A DNA stretch of 64,000 nucleotides from Desulfuromonadales bacterium. Its GTDB lineage: Bacteria > Desulfobacterota > Desulfuromonadia > Desulfuromonadales > BM103. The notes under the pieces are model-generated. The model saw nothing but the letters and a program-made list of their open reading frames with translations. It had not been told where the DNA came from and did not search any database. The translations under genes were made by a program, and so were the position numbers. Of this stretch, positions 36,824-47,955 are shown piece by piece (position 1 is the first letter of the stretch; each line of letters opens with the position of its first letter). Where the stretch lies: NCBI GenBank assembly GCA_051305855.1, contig JBPPMB010000044.1, positions 4,686 to 68,685 on the forward strand, read 5' to 3'.

Positions 36824-38332
36824 ATGCGTATGGAAACTGATAGCACCATCATACTGAACATCTCGCTGGAACAGGCTTTGGCTACCATCCCCAGCGGGCT
36901 CTATGTCGTCGACAAAGAGATGCGGATTGTCTATTGGAATCCCGCTGCAGAACGGATCACAGGCTTTACAGCAGAGGAAATCGTCGGTCGGCACTGCTCC
37001 TTTCTGCAAGGGCTCCCCTGCACTGACAGCTGTGGACTCTACGACGATGATATCCCAAAGCCGATTATCGGCGCCCACTGCACCATCGTCACAAAATCGG
37101 GAGAAACGGTTCACCTGCTCAAGAACATGGAGTACCTGCGCAATGCAGACGGCGAGATTATCGGCGGCATCGAATCCTTCACCGACGTCACTCGACAGAA
37201 CGCTCTGGAAGAATCTCTGCGCGAGCAGGCAGCTTCACTCGAGACCCGGGTAAAAGAACGCACCGCCGAACTTAAACAGAGCGAAGCACGCTTCCGCAGC
37301 GTTCTCGATAACATGGATGACATGGCCTATATCGCCACGGAAGAGTATATTCTGACTTTCATGAACCGGGCCATGCTGGAAGCTTTCGGCGATCGGATCG
37401 GTGACGACTGCTTCGAGGTTCTGCATAACAACTCGACAGTCTGCTCCTGGTGTCCCATGGGTAAAGTTTTCAGGCACCGCACGGTACGGGATGAGCGCCA
37501 GCTGGGCAACCAGGGGAGAATTTACGAGATCGTCCATTCTCCTCTGCCTGACGAAGATGGCCTGCAGCAGAAACTTGCCGTGTGCCGTGACATCACTGAA
37601 CGGAAAAAAGCCGAGCTCGACTTAAGGGAGGCCAACCGCGAGCTTGATGCATTCACCCACTCCATCTCCCACGATTTGCGCGGCATACTGTCTCCGGTCG
37701 TGACCTATATGGATTTCCTTCGCCTGACCTATAGCGAGGTTTTCGATGAGCAGATTCTGCAGATCCTCGCCGATGTGGAACGGCAGAGTGAACGGGCCAT
37801 CGCCTTGCTCGATGATCTTCTCGACCTGGCCAAGGTCAGCCATATCACACCTGGCGACCACCCGACCGATGTCAACATGATCGTCAACGAGATCATGAAT
37901 GAGCTGGACCTCGAAAACAGTGACCATCCACAGGTCAAGACCGAAGAGCTGCCACAGACCTGGCTGCCAGAGACACTGGTTTACCAGCTTTTCAGCAACC
38001 TGCTCAGAAATGCCTGTCACTATGCGCCGGAAGGAAGAGCCCCCATTGAAGTCGGCAGCTGGAAGGAGGACAGCAGGGTGACCTATTTTGTCCGCGACCA
38101 CGGCCCGGGAATCTCTTACCAGGAGCGGGAAACAGTCTTCGACATTTTCTTTCGAGGCAAAACCTCCAAGGACACGCCTGGCAATGGTGTCGGCCTGGCC
38201 ATTGTGCGTAAAATCGCCCTGCGTTGTCACGGTGAGGCGTGGGTGGAACAGACCCCGGGTGGAGGAGCGACCTTCTGCATTTCTCTACCGAAAACCCCGA
38301 CCTTTGGTAAAGCAGCCGAAGAAAAACCATAA
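36824..38332 (+). CDS. PAS-domain sensor histidine kinase
   Basis: Two PAS-like segments, the H-box FTHSISHDLRG, and an HATPase with GNGVGLAIV and GGGATF. Confidence 0.85.
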   Translation: MRMETDSTIILNISLEQALATIPSGLYVVDKEMRIVYWNPAAERITGFTAEEIVGRHCSFLQGLPCTDSCGLYDDDIPKPIIGAHCTIVTKSGETVHLLKNMEYLRNADGEIIGGIESFTDVTRQNALEESLREQAASLETRVKERTAELKQSEARFRSVLDNMDDMAYIATEEYILTFMNRAMLEAFGDRIGDDCFEVLHNNSTVCSWCPMGKVFRHRTVRDERQLGNQGRIYEIVHSPLPDEDGLQQKLAVCRDITERKKAELDLREANRELDAFTHSISHDLRGILSPVVTYMDFLRLTYSEVFDEQILQILADVERQSERAIALLDDLLDLAKVSHITPGDHPTDVNMIVNEIMNELDLENSDHPQVKTEELPQTWLPETLVYQLFSNLLRNACHYAPEGRAPIEVGSWKEDSRVTYFVRDHGPGISYQERETVFDIFFRGKTSKDTPGNGVGLAIVRKIALRCHGEAWVEQTPGGGATFCISLPKTPTFGKAAEEKP

Positions 38333-38379
38333 ACGAGCGACTGAAGAAGGGCTTCTCGCCCCTTTATGCCCGGCCTGAT

Positions 38380-39081
38380 ATGAGCACCCTGCCCGACCAA
38401 CAATTCTTCCACCTTCAACGCCGACTTCAAGAGCATTTTGGTTCGCTCCACTGGTGGCCAGCTGACAGCCCGTTCGAGGTTGCCGTCGGGGCGATCCTGA
38501 CCCAGAACACGACCTGGACCCAGGTGGAAAAAGCCATCGCCAACCTTAAGCAGGCCGAAGCCATAACGGCAGAGAAACTGGCGGCCCTCCCGATTCATCA
38601 ACTTGAAGAGATGATCATGCCTTCCGGATTTTACCGTCAGAAAGCAGCGCGATTGCAAAACTTCGCCACGCATCTGGTGGAAAACTGGCAGGGCAACCTG
38701 GTTGATTTCTGCGGCGGCCCACTGGATGATGCCCGCTCCAGGCTGCTGGCCCTGCCGGGGATAGGTCCGGAAACCGCCGACTCCATTCTCCTGTACGCCG
38801 CTGAGCGCCCTTCTTTCGTCATCGACGCCTACACCAGGCGCATCTTCGAGCGCATAGGCCTGTTGCAAGGGCAAGAAAAGTACGGGGAGATTCGTCAGTT
38901 GTTCATGCAGAACCTCCCGGAGGATGCCAAGCTCTACAACGAATACCATGCGCAGATCGTGCAACTGGCCAAAACTTGCTGCCGGAAGCATAAAACTCTC
39001 TGCTCAGACTGCCCTCTCTACAGGAAATGCCTCTACGCGCGAGGCCAGCTCGGGCGCACTACGAGGGTGACTCCAGATTGA
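38380..39081 (+). CDS. Endonuclease III-related HhH-GPD base-excision repair protein
   Basis: LPGIGPETADSILLYA helix-hairpin-helix, and a C-terminal Cys cluster CCRKHKTLCSDCPLYRKC. Confidence 0.8.
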   Translation: MSTLPDQQFFHLQRRLQEHFGSLHWWPADSPFEVAVGAILTQNTTWTQVEKAIANLKQAEAITAEKLAALPIHQLEEMIMPSGFYRQKAARLQNFATHLVENWQGNLVDFCGGPLDDARSRLLALPGIGPETADSILLYAAERPSFVIDAYTRRIFERIGLLQGQEKYGEIRQLFMQNLPEDAKLYNEYHAQIVQLAKTCCRKHKTLCSDCPLYRKCLYARGQLGRTTRVTPD

Positions 39082-39372
39082 CCTGCAGAGATCTGTTGCA
39101 GGCATAAACCTGAAGTCAGCATCCGGCTATACCTGCCATAGAACGATACATCATCCACAGGCAATGTCCTGATAGAATTTTCGGCAATCCAGCGACCAAC
39201 GGCACAGAAATGCTCTTCCAGCAGCCTGAGCCAGCGAGAACTTCGCACCAGACCTCCCGCTCAGCGGCCGTGCGTCAGCGCAAATGCCTTGAATTCCCTT
39301 GACTTATTCAGCCACTTTGATAAGTTGCGGTGTTCTAAATCTGCACCACAAGGGGGCCTGCGGGGCTGAACA

Positions 39373-42147
39373 ATGGATTATAAAGAGACACTGAATCTTC
39401 CGGTAACCGACTTTCCGATGCGTGGCAACCTGCCACAGCGCGAACCGGAAATCATGCAGCGCTGGACTGAACTTGACCTGGACCGCAAACTTAGCGAACC
39501 GACACCAGGCAGGCCGAACTTTACCTTGCACGATGGTCCTCCCTACGCGAACGGCAACATCCATATCGGCCATGCGCTGAACAAGATTCTCAAAGACATC
39601 GTCATAAAAAGCAAGCGCATGCAGGGTTTCTATGCGCCTTACGTCCCCGGCTGGGATTGTCATGGCCTGCCGATCGAGCTGAAGGTCGACCAGAAACTCG
39701 GTAAGAAGAAACGGGAGATGAGCAAGGCCGAAATCCGCAAGGAGTGCCGGACATATGCCATGGAATGGGTCGGCATCCAGAGTGATGAATTCCGTCGCCT
39801 CGGTATTTTCGGTGACTGGCAGCACCCCTACCTGACCATGACCACCGGTTACGAAGCGGCCACGGCCCGCGAACTGGCACGCTTTGCTGAGAGGGACGGA
39901 CTCTACAAGGGGCGCAAACCGATTCACTGGTGTTCATCCTGTGTCACCGCCCTTGCTGAAGCAGAGGTTGAATACGAAGACCACACTTCACCGTCGATCT
40001 ACGTCAAGTTTCCATACAATGACGAGCTTCCCGACGGCTTTGGCGAACTGGCCGGCAAGCCGCTTGCCTTTGTCATCTGGACGACAACACCCTGGACGAT
40101 ACCGGCCAACCTGGCGGTCTGCCTGCATCCAGAACTGCCTTACGTCATTGTCGATGCCGGCGGAGAGCTGCTGGTGATGGCCGAAGGCCTGTATGCCAAG
40201 GTTCTGGCTGAGCTCGGCATCACAGATTTCGAGGTCGTAAAAACCTTCTCCGCCGAGCTTTTTGAGAACCGGAAATGTCGCCACCCTCTCCATGACCGCG
40301 CTTCACTGCTGGTGCTCGGCGATTACGTCACCCTTGAAGCCGGCACCGGTTGCGTGCATACCGCGCCGGGCCACGGCCAGGATGACTACCAGACCGGGCT
40401 CCGCTATGGCCTGGACATCTACAACCCGGTGGATGACTACGGTCGCTATCAGAAAGAGCTGGAATTCTTCGGCGGCGAAAAGGTGCCCGAGGTCAATCCG
40501 CAGGTTACGGCCAAGCTGGCTGAAGTCGGCGCGCTGATGAACGAAAGCAAGATCTCGCACAGCTACCCGCACTGCTGGCGCTGCAAAAAGCCGATCATTT
40601 TCCGTGCCACCGAGCAGTGGTTCATCTCCATGGAAGCAAACCAGCTGCGCCAGAAGGCGCTCGAACATATCAACGACGTGCAGTGGATTCCACCCTGGGG
40701 ACGCAATCGTATCTACAACATGATCGAGAACCGTCCCGACTGGTGCATCAGCCGCCAACGCAGCTGGGGTGTACCGATCACGGTGTTCTATTGCAGCAAG
40801 TGCGACGAAGCCCTGGCCGATGGCAGAATCATGCATCACGTTGCCGACCTCTTCGAAGAGACCGGTAGCGACATCTGGTTTGAAAAGGACGCAAAGGAGC
40901 TGCTCCCGAATGGGACGGTCTGTCCGGGTTGTGGTCACGATGATTTCCGCAAAGAGATGGATATCCTGGATGTCTGGTTCGATTCCGGCGTATCGCATGC
41001 TGCGGTACTGGAGCAGAACGACCATCTGCACTCGCCGGCAGACCTTTACCTGGAAGGGAGTGACCAGCATCGCGGCTGGTTCCACTCCAGCCTGCTGGCG
41101 GCGGTCGGCACCCGCGATGCAGCACCCTACAAGGCAGTTCTGACCCACGGTTTTGTCCTCGACGAGAAGGGCCGTCCGATGTCAAAATCGGTGGGGAACG
41201 TGATCGCTCCAGAGAAAGTCATCAATCAGTACGGTGCCGAGATCCTGCGCCTCTGGGTCGCCACCCAGGATTACCGCAACGACACCCGGGTCGGTGACGC
41301 GATCCTCAAGCAAGTCTCCGAGGCCTACCGGCGCATCCGCAACACGGCCCGCTACATCCTCGGTAATATCCACGATTTCAATCCAGCCACAGACAGCGTT
41401 GCCGACCATGATCTGCTCGAGATTGACCGCTGGGCCCTCTCACGCCTGGAGGGACTGGTCAACCGGGTACTTAAATCTTACGATGCCTACGAATTCCACG
41501 TGCTCTATCATGCCGTACATAATTTCTGTTCCATTGACATGAGCGCGTTCTACCTCGACGTGCTGAAAGACCGGCTCTACACCTCGCCAACGGCAAGCCT
41601 GGCCCGCCGCAGCGCTCAGACCGCAATGTATCGCATCCTCGATGCTATTACGCGCATGATGGCGCCGGTACTGTCGTTCACGGCTGACGAGATCTGGGGT
41701 TTTCTGCCCGGCGAGCGCGAAGCCAGCGTCCACCTGGCCGACTTCCCCAGCTTTAGCTCCAGCCTGATCGATGCCGCTCTGGAAACAAAGTATGAGCGTT
41801 TGCTGACTGTGCGCAGTGATGTCGCCAAGGTTTTAGAACTGGCCCGTGCAGAAAAGACCATTGGCCACTCCCTCGACGCGCGGGTGGAAATCGCCGCGAC
41901 TGGCGACATGGATATACTGCTCAAAAGCGAAGCAGTCCAGCTTGCCAGCCTCTTTATCGTTTCCCAGGTCGAGGTCTGCGACAGTTTGGACGAAGGCAGC
42001 AACGGTGAGAATCTGCCGGGGTTAAAGATCCGGGTCAGCAAGGCTGACGGTGAAAAATGTTCACGCTGCTGGAACTACGCTACTTCGGTGGGGCAGATCG
42101 AAGAACACCCGGAAATCTGTCATCGCTGCATTCTGGCTCTTGCCTGA
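39373..42147 (+). CDS. ileS: Isoleucine--tRNA ligase
   Basis: 924 aa. [12 protein letters not shown] (HIGH), KMSKS, and C-terminal zinc Cys pairs (CSRCW ... CHRC). Confidence 0.97.
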   Translation: MDYKETLNLPVTDFPMRGNLPQREPEIMQRWTELDLDRKLSEPTPGRPNFTLHDGPPYANGNIHIGHALNKILKDIVIKSKRMQGFYAPYVPGWDCHGLPIELKVDQKLGKKKREMSKAEIRKECRTYAMEWVGIQSDEFRRLGIFGDWQHPYLTMTTGYEAATARELARFAERDGLYKGRKPIHWCSSCVTALAEAEVEYEDHTSPSIYVKFPYNDELPDGFGELAGKPLAFVIWTTTPWTIPANLAVCLHPELPYVIVDAGGELLVMAEGLYAKVLAELGITDFEVVKTFSAELFENRKCRHPLHDRASLLVLGDYVTLEAGTGCVHTAPGHGQDDYQTGLRYGLDIYNPVDDYGRYQKELEFFGGEKVPEVNPQVTAKLAEVGALMNESKISHSYPHCWRCKKPIIFRATEQWFISMEANQLRQKALEHINDVQWIPPWGRNRIYNMIENRPDWCISRQRSWGVPITVFYCSKCDEALADGRIMHHVADLFEETGSDIWFEKDAKELLPNGTVCPGCGHDDFRKEMDILDVWFDSGVSHAAVLEQNDHLHSPADLYLEGSDQHRGWFHSSLLAAVGTRDAAPYKAVLTHGFVLDEKGRPMSKSVGNVIAPEKVINQYGAEILRLWVATQDYRNDTRVGDAILKQVSEAYRRIRNTARYILGNIHDFNPATDSVADHDLLEIDRWALSRLEGLVNRVLKSYDAYEFHVLYHAVHNFCSIDMSAFYLDVLKDRLYTSPTASLARRSAQTAMYRILDAITRMMAPVLSFTADEIWGFLPGEREASVHLADFPSFSSSLIDAALETKYERLLTVRSDVAKVLELARAEKTIGHSLDARVEIAATGDMDILLKSEAVQLASLFIVSQVEVCDSLDEGSNGENLPGLKIRVSKADGEKCSRCWNYATSVGQIEEHPEICHRCILALA

Positions 42148-42263
42148 AACCGGGACGTGGCACACGGGACAAGGAACGCTTAGAAAAATTCGATCCCAGT
42201 GGCCTTGACACCAGCATTTTATTTTAGGCGCTCCGTGTAACTCGTCCCGCCTACCGAGATTTT

Positions 42264-42779
42264 ATGCCCAGATACCGCACACTATCGATCATCGCTTTTG
42301 TCATTCTGGTTTTAGACCAGGCGACCAAGCTGTACGTGGACACCCATTTCCGGCTCCACGAGACAGTTCCGGTGATCCGCGACTTTTTTCACCTGACTTA
42401 CGTACGCAACAAGGGTGCCGCCTTCGGTCTTCTCGCCGACAGCACTGTGCGCATCCCCTTCTTCATTACCGTGTCAATCGTTGCCATGCTGGGTATCCTC
42501 TGGTACATCAAGCGCATCAGGGCCGACCAGAAACTGGCACTTTTTTCCCTGTCGCTGATTTTTTCCGGTGCCTTAGGCAACCTGATAGACCGCATACGCC
42601 TCGGTGAAGTGATCGACTTTCTCGACGTCTTCTGGCAGCGTCATCACTGGCCGGCCTTCAACGTTGCCGACTCTGCCATCACTGTGGGTGTAACCTTGCT
42701 GTTTATCGAAATGTGGCGCGAAGATCACAAGAAGTCTGCGAGACATGCTGCGGAAGAATCCAAGGAAACCGGGTCTTGA
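42264..42779 (+). CDS. lspA: Lipoprotein signal peptidase (signal peptidase II)
   Basis: Four TM helices. NKGAAFG, GNLIDR and FNVADS motifs. Confidence 0.95.
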   Translation: MPRYRTLSIIAFVILVLDQATKLYVDTHFRLHETVPVIRDFFHLTYVRNKGAAFGLLADSTVRIPFFITVSIVAMLGILWYIKRIRADQKLALFSLSLIFSGALGNLIDRIRLGEVIDFLDVFWQRHHWPAFNVADSAITVGVTLLFIEMWREDHKKSARHAAEESKETGS

Positions 42780-43077
42780 AAAAATCAAGCAAGCCTGGCC
42801 ATAGGCGTATTGTAACTCATCTTACGGCCTGAGTAGCAGGAAGGGCGACGGCAAGGCGGTGCAAGGTCCCTGCTGTACACCCAAAAACGGCTTACCACTA
42901 TCAATTCAAGGCGTTAACTCCAGGCCCACCTTTGCGCTCTCTTGATTTCTCAAATTTAATTATTTCAGTGTGGAATCTTCTTCGCAAACATGGCAACTTA
43001 CGGTGAATCATCACAACCATGTCCCACCCCTCTCCGGTGTCACATACCGCCGCACCCGGGGTCCGGTGACAAGACTT

Positions 43078-43239
43078 GGAGTTTGTCGGACTATACGTAC
43101 CGAAACGAAAATTTGGATGATTGAGAACAGATTTCAGCTCCTTTTTGCTCCATAGCTGTAGCTATAGAGCAAAAAGGAGCTGAAATATGGACCAAACAGC
43201 CGAATATGCAGCCGGTTCATGGATAGTCCGACAAACTCC
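43078..43239 (+). repeat. Palindromic MITE-like element, copy B (intact)
   Basis: Perfect 17-bp terminal inverted repeats GGAGTTTGTCGGACTAT / ATAGTCCGACAAACTCC. Central hairpin with 27-bp arms (43131-43157 / 43160-43186, one mismatch) that buries AAGGAG (43175-43179). Mini-ORF 43187-43261, whose TGA overlaps the ATG of the HD-GYP gene (ATGA). Confidence 0.7.
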
Positions 43240-43257
43240 TAGAACCTCAGAAATATT

Positions 43258-44820
43258 ATGACACAAGGAACAGACAAGCTGCCGCTGTCCCCTTTTGGCA
43301 AACGCACGTCGATACCTGAGGATCACCCTGTCAGACCAGGCGGCCCAAAGCGCAAGGTCGTAAGCATCAGGCTTAAGCTGACAATCCTCACTCTGGCCAT
43401 GATCGCCTTGATCACTACGGGCTCATCCATGGTTGCCATACAAGGTATGGATCGGGAGCTACTCGACTCCCTTGTGAAAAGGGGTGAGTCTATCGCACTC
43501 AGTGCAGCGATCCCGGCGGGCTACAGTATCCTCACCGGCGACCGCCTGGCGCTCGACAACCTGGCAGCGAAAATCGTGGCATCACAAGAGGATCTCGTCT
43601 ACCTTGCCATCCTCGATAACGACAGCAATATTCTGGCTCACAACAAGCTGGCAGAAACCGGCTCTCTCTTTGAAACGGCGGCTGGCGCGCCGTTAGAGCA
43701 CGGTCCCGACTTTACCATGCACCGAATCGACCGGGAGGGCTTGGCCAGCTACGAGTTCCGCGCACCCATTCAGTTTGCCGAGAACCAGGTCGGCAGCATC
43801 ATCGTCGCCATTGATGCCGCGACACTTCAGGCAGCCAAAGACCTTGCCCGCAGGAGAATCCTCCTGATTTCCCTGACGGTGCTGGCTTTCGGAGCCCTAT
43901 GCACCTTCATACTGTCGAGGCTGATAACCGCGCCAATCGAACGCCTGGCAGCCGGCGTCTCCCAGATCACCTCCGGCAATTATCGCGTCGCAGTCAAAGT
44001 CAGCTCACGCGATGAACTCGGCGAACTGACACGCAGCTTCAACGAAATGTCCCGGATGATCATGTCACAGCAGGAGAACCTGGGGGGTTATGCCAGCAAT
44101 CTCGAGGAAGCCTATATATCCACCATTCGGATTCTCGCCGCGGCCCTCGACGCTCGCGACAACTACACACTTGGTCATTCTGCAAGGGTAGCCAGGCTCT
44201 CCATCCTGATCGGCCAAGGTCGCGGCCTCACGGCAGAGATGCTTAAAGAGCTCGAGATGGCGTGTTTTCTGCATGACATTGGCAAGATTCATGTGCCCGA
44301 TGTCATCATCAACAAACCGTTCCCGCTTAACCTTCAGGAATCGCGGATCATCAAGCAACATCCCCAGCAGGGGGCCGATATTCTCCACCTGGCTGAATCA
44401 CTTCACAAATACATTCCTGTCGTTCTGCACCATCATGAATGGTACAACGGCAAAGGCTATCCGCACGGCCTGCAAGGAAACGAAATTCACATCTATGCCC
44501 AGATCGTCTCGATTGCCGATACCTATGATGCCATGACCTCATCGCGTCCCTACCGTAAAGGCTGCTCAAAAGATGAGGCGGCAGCGGAAATCAAGAGGTT
44601 CAGGGGGATCCAATTCAACCCTGAGCTGACTGACATTTTTCTGGTGGCATTGAAGGATTATGAAGACGATCAGGCTCTCTCTTCCATTGGAGTGCCATAT
44701 GAGACGCAGCATTTTTTATATAATCACAGTTCTTCTGTCGATGGTTACGCTCACGGCCTGCGGGATGCTGCAGCGCGAAGCCGCAGTTTCGTTAAAGAGG
44801 GAAAACACACGACCCATTAA
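43258..44820 (+). CDS. HAMP plus HD-GYP domain protein (putative cyclic-di-GMP phosphodiesterase) with TM-bounded sensor region
   Basis: HAMP (RDELGELTRSFNEM). HD motif (FLHDIGK). HHEWYNGKGYPHGL is the HD-GYP signature. Confidence 0.85.
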   Translation: MTQGTDKLPLSPFGKRTSIPEDHPVRPGGPKRKVVSIRLKLTILTLAMIALITTGSSMVAIQGMDRELLDSLVKRGESIALSAAIPAGYSILTGDRLALDNLAAKIVASQEDLVYLAILDNDSNILAHNKLAETGSLFETAAGAPLEHGPDFTMHRIDREGLASYEFRAPIQFAENQVGSIIVAIDAATLQAAKDLARRRILLISLTVLAFGALCTFILSRLITAPIERLAAGVSQITSGNYRVAVKVSSRDELGELTRSFNEMSRMIMSQQENLGGYASNLEEAYISTIRILAAALDARDNYTLGHSARVARLSILIGQGRGLTAEMLKELEMACFLHDIGKIHVPDVIINKPFPLNLQESRIIKQHPQQGADILHLAESLHKYIPVVLHHHEWYNGKGYPHGLQGNEIHIYAQIVSIADTYDAMTSSRPYRKGCSKDEAAAEIKRFRGIQFNPELTDIFLVALKDYEDDQALSSIGVPYETQHFLYNHSSSVDGYAHGLRDAAARSRSFVKEGKHTTH

Positions 44821-45331
44821 AGCACCTGATTTGCCCAGACACAACAACCAACGGGCTCAGCAACAGACTCAGCAACGGGCTCGCCAATTGCTGGACGCAC
44901 AGGACTATACCGGCACCATTTATTTCATCCAGGATGAATTAAGTAAAGGGCTGGACGAACAGGCTCTTGCCAAAGAATACCTGCAAGCCGTAAACGCCAG
45001 CCTGGTGGAGGCGGAGCTCTTGATGAAACAGGGGCATTACCAGAGGGCTGCCCTCCTGTTTAAAACCGTTCGGGACAGCGACCTCCGGAGCCTTGAATTA
45101 CAGCAGCAGATCACAGCCTCACCCACACAGCTCACAGATAAAATTAACCTCTGCACGGAAAAACTCATGGATGCGGGCCTGGTTGCCTACCGTTCCGGAG
45201 ACTTTGCCAAAGCCATCGACTCCTGGGAGCAGGTTCTCAAATTCAACCCGCAGCACCAAGCCGCCCAAAACTCAATCCAAACCACGCAATTGCAACTGGC
45301 AAAGCTCAAGGCCCTGAACAGCAAAGAGTAG
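44699..45331 (+). CDS. TPR-like lipoprotein
   Basis: MRRSIFYIITVLLSMVTLTACG lipobox, preceded by GGAG. Helical repeat C-terminus. With this start it overlaps the previous gene by 122 nt. Confidence 0.55.
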   Translation: MRRSIFYIITVLLSMVTLTACGMLQREAAVSLKRENTRPIKAPDLPRHNNQRAQQQTQQRARQLLDAQDYTGTIYFIQDELSKGLDEQALAKEYLQAVNASLVEAELLMKQGHYQRAALLFKTVRDSDLRSLELQQQITASPTQLTDKINLCTEKLMDAGLVAYRSGDFAKAIDSWEQVLKFNPQHQAAQNSIQTTQLQLAKLKALNSKE

Positions 45332-45498
45332 ACGCCTTTGTGCATGGGGACGCAGAGATGGAATTCACCCAGAGTCTTGAAAGCCGGGGGACTCTATGGG
45401 ATAGTCAGTCTTACTGAAGTGCAAAACGTATTAAACCGATCGTCAATGCAACTGAATTCCAGATTGCGCTCTTGCGCTACAGGAGTTCGGCATAAGCG

Positions 45499-46692
45499 TT
45501 GAGATCGACAGGAGCCTTGACATTGGCCAAGCCAGTCAAAATTCATCTAGCTCAACGCGCCAAAGAGATCACCCCGTTTCTCGCAATGGAAATCATGGAA
45601 CGGGCCAAAGCTCTTGAAGCAGAAGGCCGTGAGATCATCTACCTCTGCCTTGGCGAACCGGACTTCCCCACCCCTGAACCGATTGTCAGAACGGCACGTG
45701 AGGCAATGCAGGGCGGTGAAACACTCTACACCCATTCACTCGGCCGGCTCGAACTGCGCGAGGCACTGGCAGAACATTATCAAAACCGCTATCACGTGAC
45801 TGTTGACCCGGATCAGATCATCGTCTCTTCGGGAACCAGCCCCTTGATGCTTTTGCTCTTTGCAGCGCTGTGCAATCCTGACGACGAAGTCATCCTCACC
45901 GACCCGTGCTACGCCTGCTACGCAAATTTCATCCGTTTTGTAAACGCTGTACCGCGTTTCCTGCGAACCAGGCCGGAGCAAGGCTTTCAGCCGCAACCTG
46001 ATGACGTGCGGGCCCTGATCAACGTCAGGACACGCGCATTGCTGATAAATTCTCCAGCAAACCCGGCGGGTTCCGTTCTCTCCCGGGGTGAGCTCGAGAA
46101 ACTGGCTGAACTGCCGATCCCGATCATCTCTGATGAAATTTATCACGGCCTGACTTACGAGGGAGAAGAGCATAGTATCCTGGAGTTCACCGAAGAGGCC
46201 TTCGTCTTCGGCGGCTTCTCCAAAGCCTATGCCATGACCGGCTGGCGACTCGGTTACCTGATTGCACCGAAGAGCGCTGTCAGGGCCCTGCAGACTTTTC
46301 ACCAGAATGTCGTGATCAGCGCCAACAGTTTTGTCCAGTTGGCCGGGGTGACAGCTTTGCGTGAAGGAGAACCTTACGTTGCTGCAATGCGCTCCGAGTA
46401 CGATCGCCGGCGGCGCCATTTGATCCCGCGCCTGGAAAAGATTGGCCTCAGGGTCCACACGCGACCGGCAGGCGCGTTTTACGTACTTGCTGACGCGCGG
46501 CACATCTGCCGTGACTCGCTCTCCCTGGCCAGGGAGATTCTCGAGGCCACCGGCGTCGCCCTCACTCCGGGTATCGATTTCGGTCAGGGGGCTGAAGGCT
46601 TCCTGCGATTCTCCTATGCCAACTCGATGGAGAATCTGGACAAAGCCGTTGACCGGCTTGCGGACTTTTTTCGGCTGCGCGGCTGGTTATAG
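45499..46692 (+). CDS. Class I/II pyridoxal-phosphate aminotransferase (aspartate aminotransferase-like)
   Basis: LGEPDFPTP, NSPANPAG and SFSKAYAMTGWRLGY (PLP lysine). The exact start is uncertain (TTG in the ORF track). Confidence 0.9.
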   Translation: MRSTGALTLAKPVKIHLAQRAKEITPFLAMEIMERAKALEAEGREIIYLCLGEPDFPTPEPIVRTAREAMQGGETLYTHSLGRLELREALAEHYQNRYHVTVDPDQIIVSSGTSPLMLLLFAALCNPDDEVILTDPCYACYANFIRFVNAVPRFLRTRPEQGFQPQPDDVRALINVRTRALLINSPANPAGSVLSRGELEKLAELPIPIISDEIYHGLTYEGEEHSILEFTEEAFVFGGFSKAYAMTGWRLGYLIAPKSAVRALQTFHQNVVISANSFVQLAGVTALREGEPYVAAMRSEYDRRRRHLIPRLEKIGLRVHTRPAGAFYVLADARHICRDSLSLAREILEATGVALTPGIDFGQGAEGFLRFSYANSMENLDKAVDRLADFFRLRGWL

Positions 46693-46954
46693 GGTACCGC
46701 GATAGCAAGGACGCAGGATGGTATTATGAGTGGACCACCCCGCTGCAACCAGCAGGGTCTGATTAATCCCAAAGATATGTAAGAACGACTTGCGGTAGTC
46801 TAATCAAGAATATGTTACGGTAGGGTTTCCAGGGTTACTGCTGATGGTGACTTGTAACCCCCCCCCGATCCGAAGATTAAGGGCTTTCGCGTTTTATAAA
46901 TAATACAATCATGGATTTGTCTGCAGCCATTCAGTTCCCTCTGGTCTCAATCCC

Positions 46955-47842
46955 CTATTCAAGGTCTTCCGGGAGAAACTTGGAACCCATATGGTAAGAG
47001 AGACCGATCCCGGCAAGAAACTGGTTCTTGTCATCGACTATGGGGCTGTCTGCCGCATCACCCAGCAGCCTCTTGTACTCAAGGTCGCAACCAATCCGCC
47101 AGCGATTGGTGATGGCATAGCCGGCCGTCATGCTGACATTGATATCCTTGATGCCGGCATCGGCCTGATACCTCTTTAACCCCGAGTTCGCCGACTGCTG
47201 CCCGTTCACTCCAAAAAAACTCTCCATGTAGTCGTTACTTGCCCAGGTCGTCCCGATCTCAAAAAAAACTGGCAGACTGGCAATCGGCAGGGCTGTGCCG
47301 CCGGTCAGTTCGACCAAGGCACCTTCATGCCCGGAGTCGATGTCCTGGCGAGCCTCCGCCCTGAAACGCAATGGCTTCTTCCGGTAAGAGACAAACCCTC
47401 CAACCTCTTTGCTGCCGTCGATATCGCCTAGTCCTTTTAGTTTATCGTTGTCATCCTCGTCTCGTCCCGATGAGAAAGAAAGAATTGGACCTGCCTTGAA
47501 GTTTTTCTTCCGGATGAGATTTGCACCCAGGGTCTTCCCCTTGAAAAAGATCATATTCCGCCATGACGCAGAGATATTAGGGCCAAAGACGAAGCCATAA
47601 TCGTTGGAGCCCTCATAATCAGGTGTAAGGCCACTGACAAGTCCAATGCTGAGTGCCCATTTGCGGGTGATATCCTTGGGTTCTTCATAATTTGGAGCTT
47701 CTTCGATCTCTTCTGCGACCACCGCCCAGGGATCGCCTTCAACCAGGGCATGACCTGCCGCCAAAGTCATGCCGGCGCTTGATACTACTGAAAGAAGTGC
47801 TGTTATGAGTAAATATAAAAGCCTTGATAATCCTTTTTTCAT
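46955..47842 (-). CDS. mipA: MipA/OmpV-family outer-membrane protein
   Basis: Signal peptide after MKKGLS (AAGGAG ribosome-binding site). PDYEGSNDY motif, alternating beta-strand pattern and a C-terminal aromatic-rich strand. Confidence 0.8.
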   Translation of the reverse strand: MKKGLSRLLYLLITALLSVVSSAGMTLAAGHALVEGDPWAVVAEEIEEAPNYEEPKDITRKWALSIGLVSGLTPDYEGSNDYGFVFGPNISASWRNMIFFKGKTLGANLIRKKNFKAGPILSFSSGRDEDDNDKLKGLGDIDGSKEVGGFVSYRKKPLRFRAEARQDIDSGHEGALVELTGGTALPIASLPVFFEIGTTWASNDYMESFFGVNGQQSANSGLKRYQADAGIKDINVSMTAGYAITNRWRIGCDLEYKRLLGDAADSPIVDDKNQFLAGIGLSYHMGSKFLPEDLE

Positions 47843-47955
47843 GTCGAGCTCCTTGGCAAGTCTCATTGTATAAAAGGACAGTTGCCCTGGCGTTGCGATA
47901 AATCCACCCAGCAGCCTGCCGGACCTCTTCTGGAGGCGATCACAGAAACCGTTTG

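Noticed and set aside
46858-46866. C9 homopolymer as a phase-variation tract (also C8 at 22115-22122)
   Set aside because: Both lie in non-coding DNA. The first is downstream of two convergent genes and the second is between a stop codon and the next gene's ribosome-binding site. Neither has an obvious promoter-spacer or coding context.
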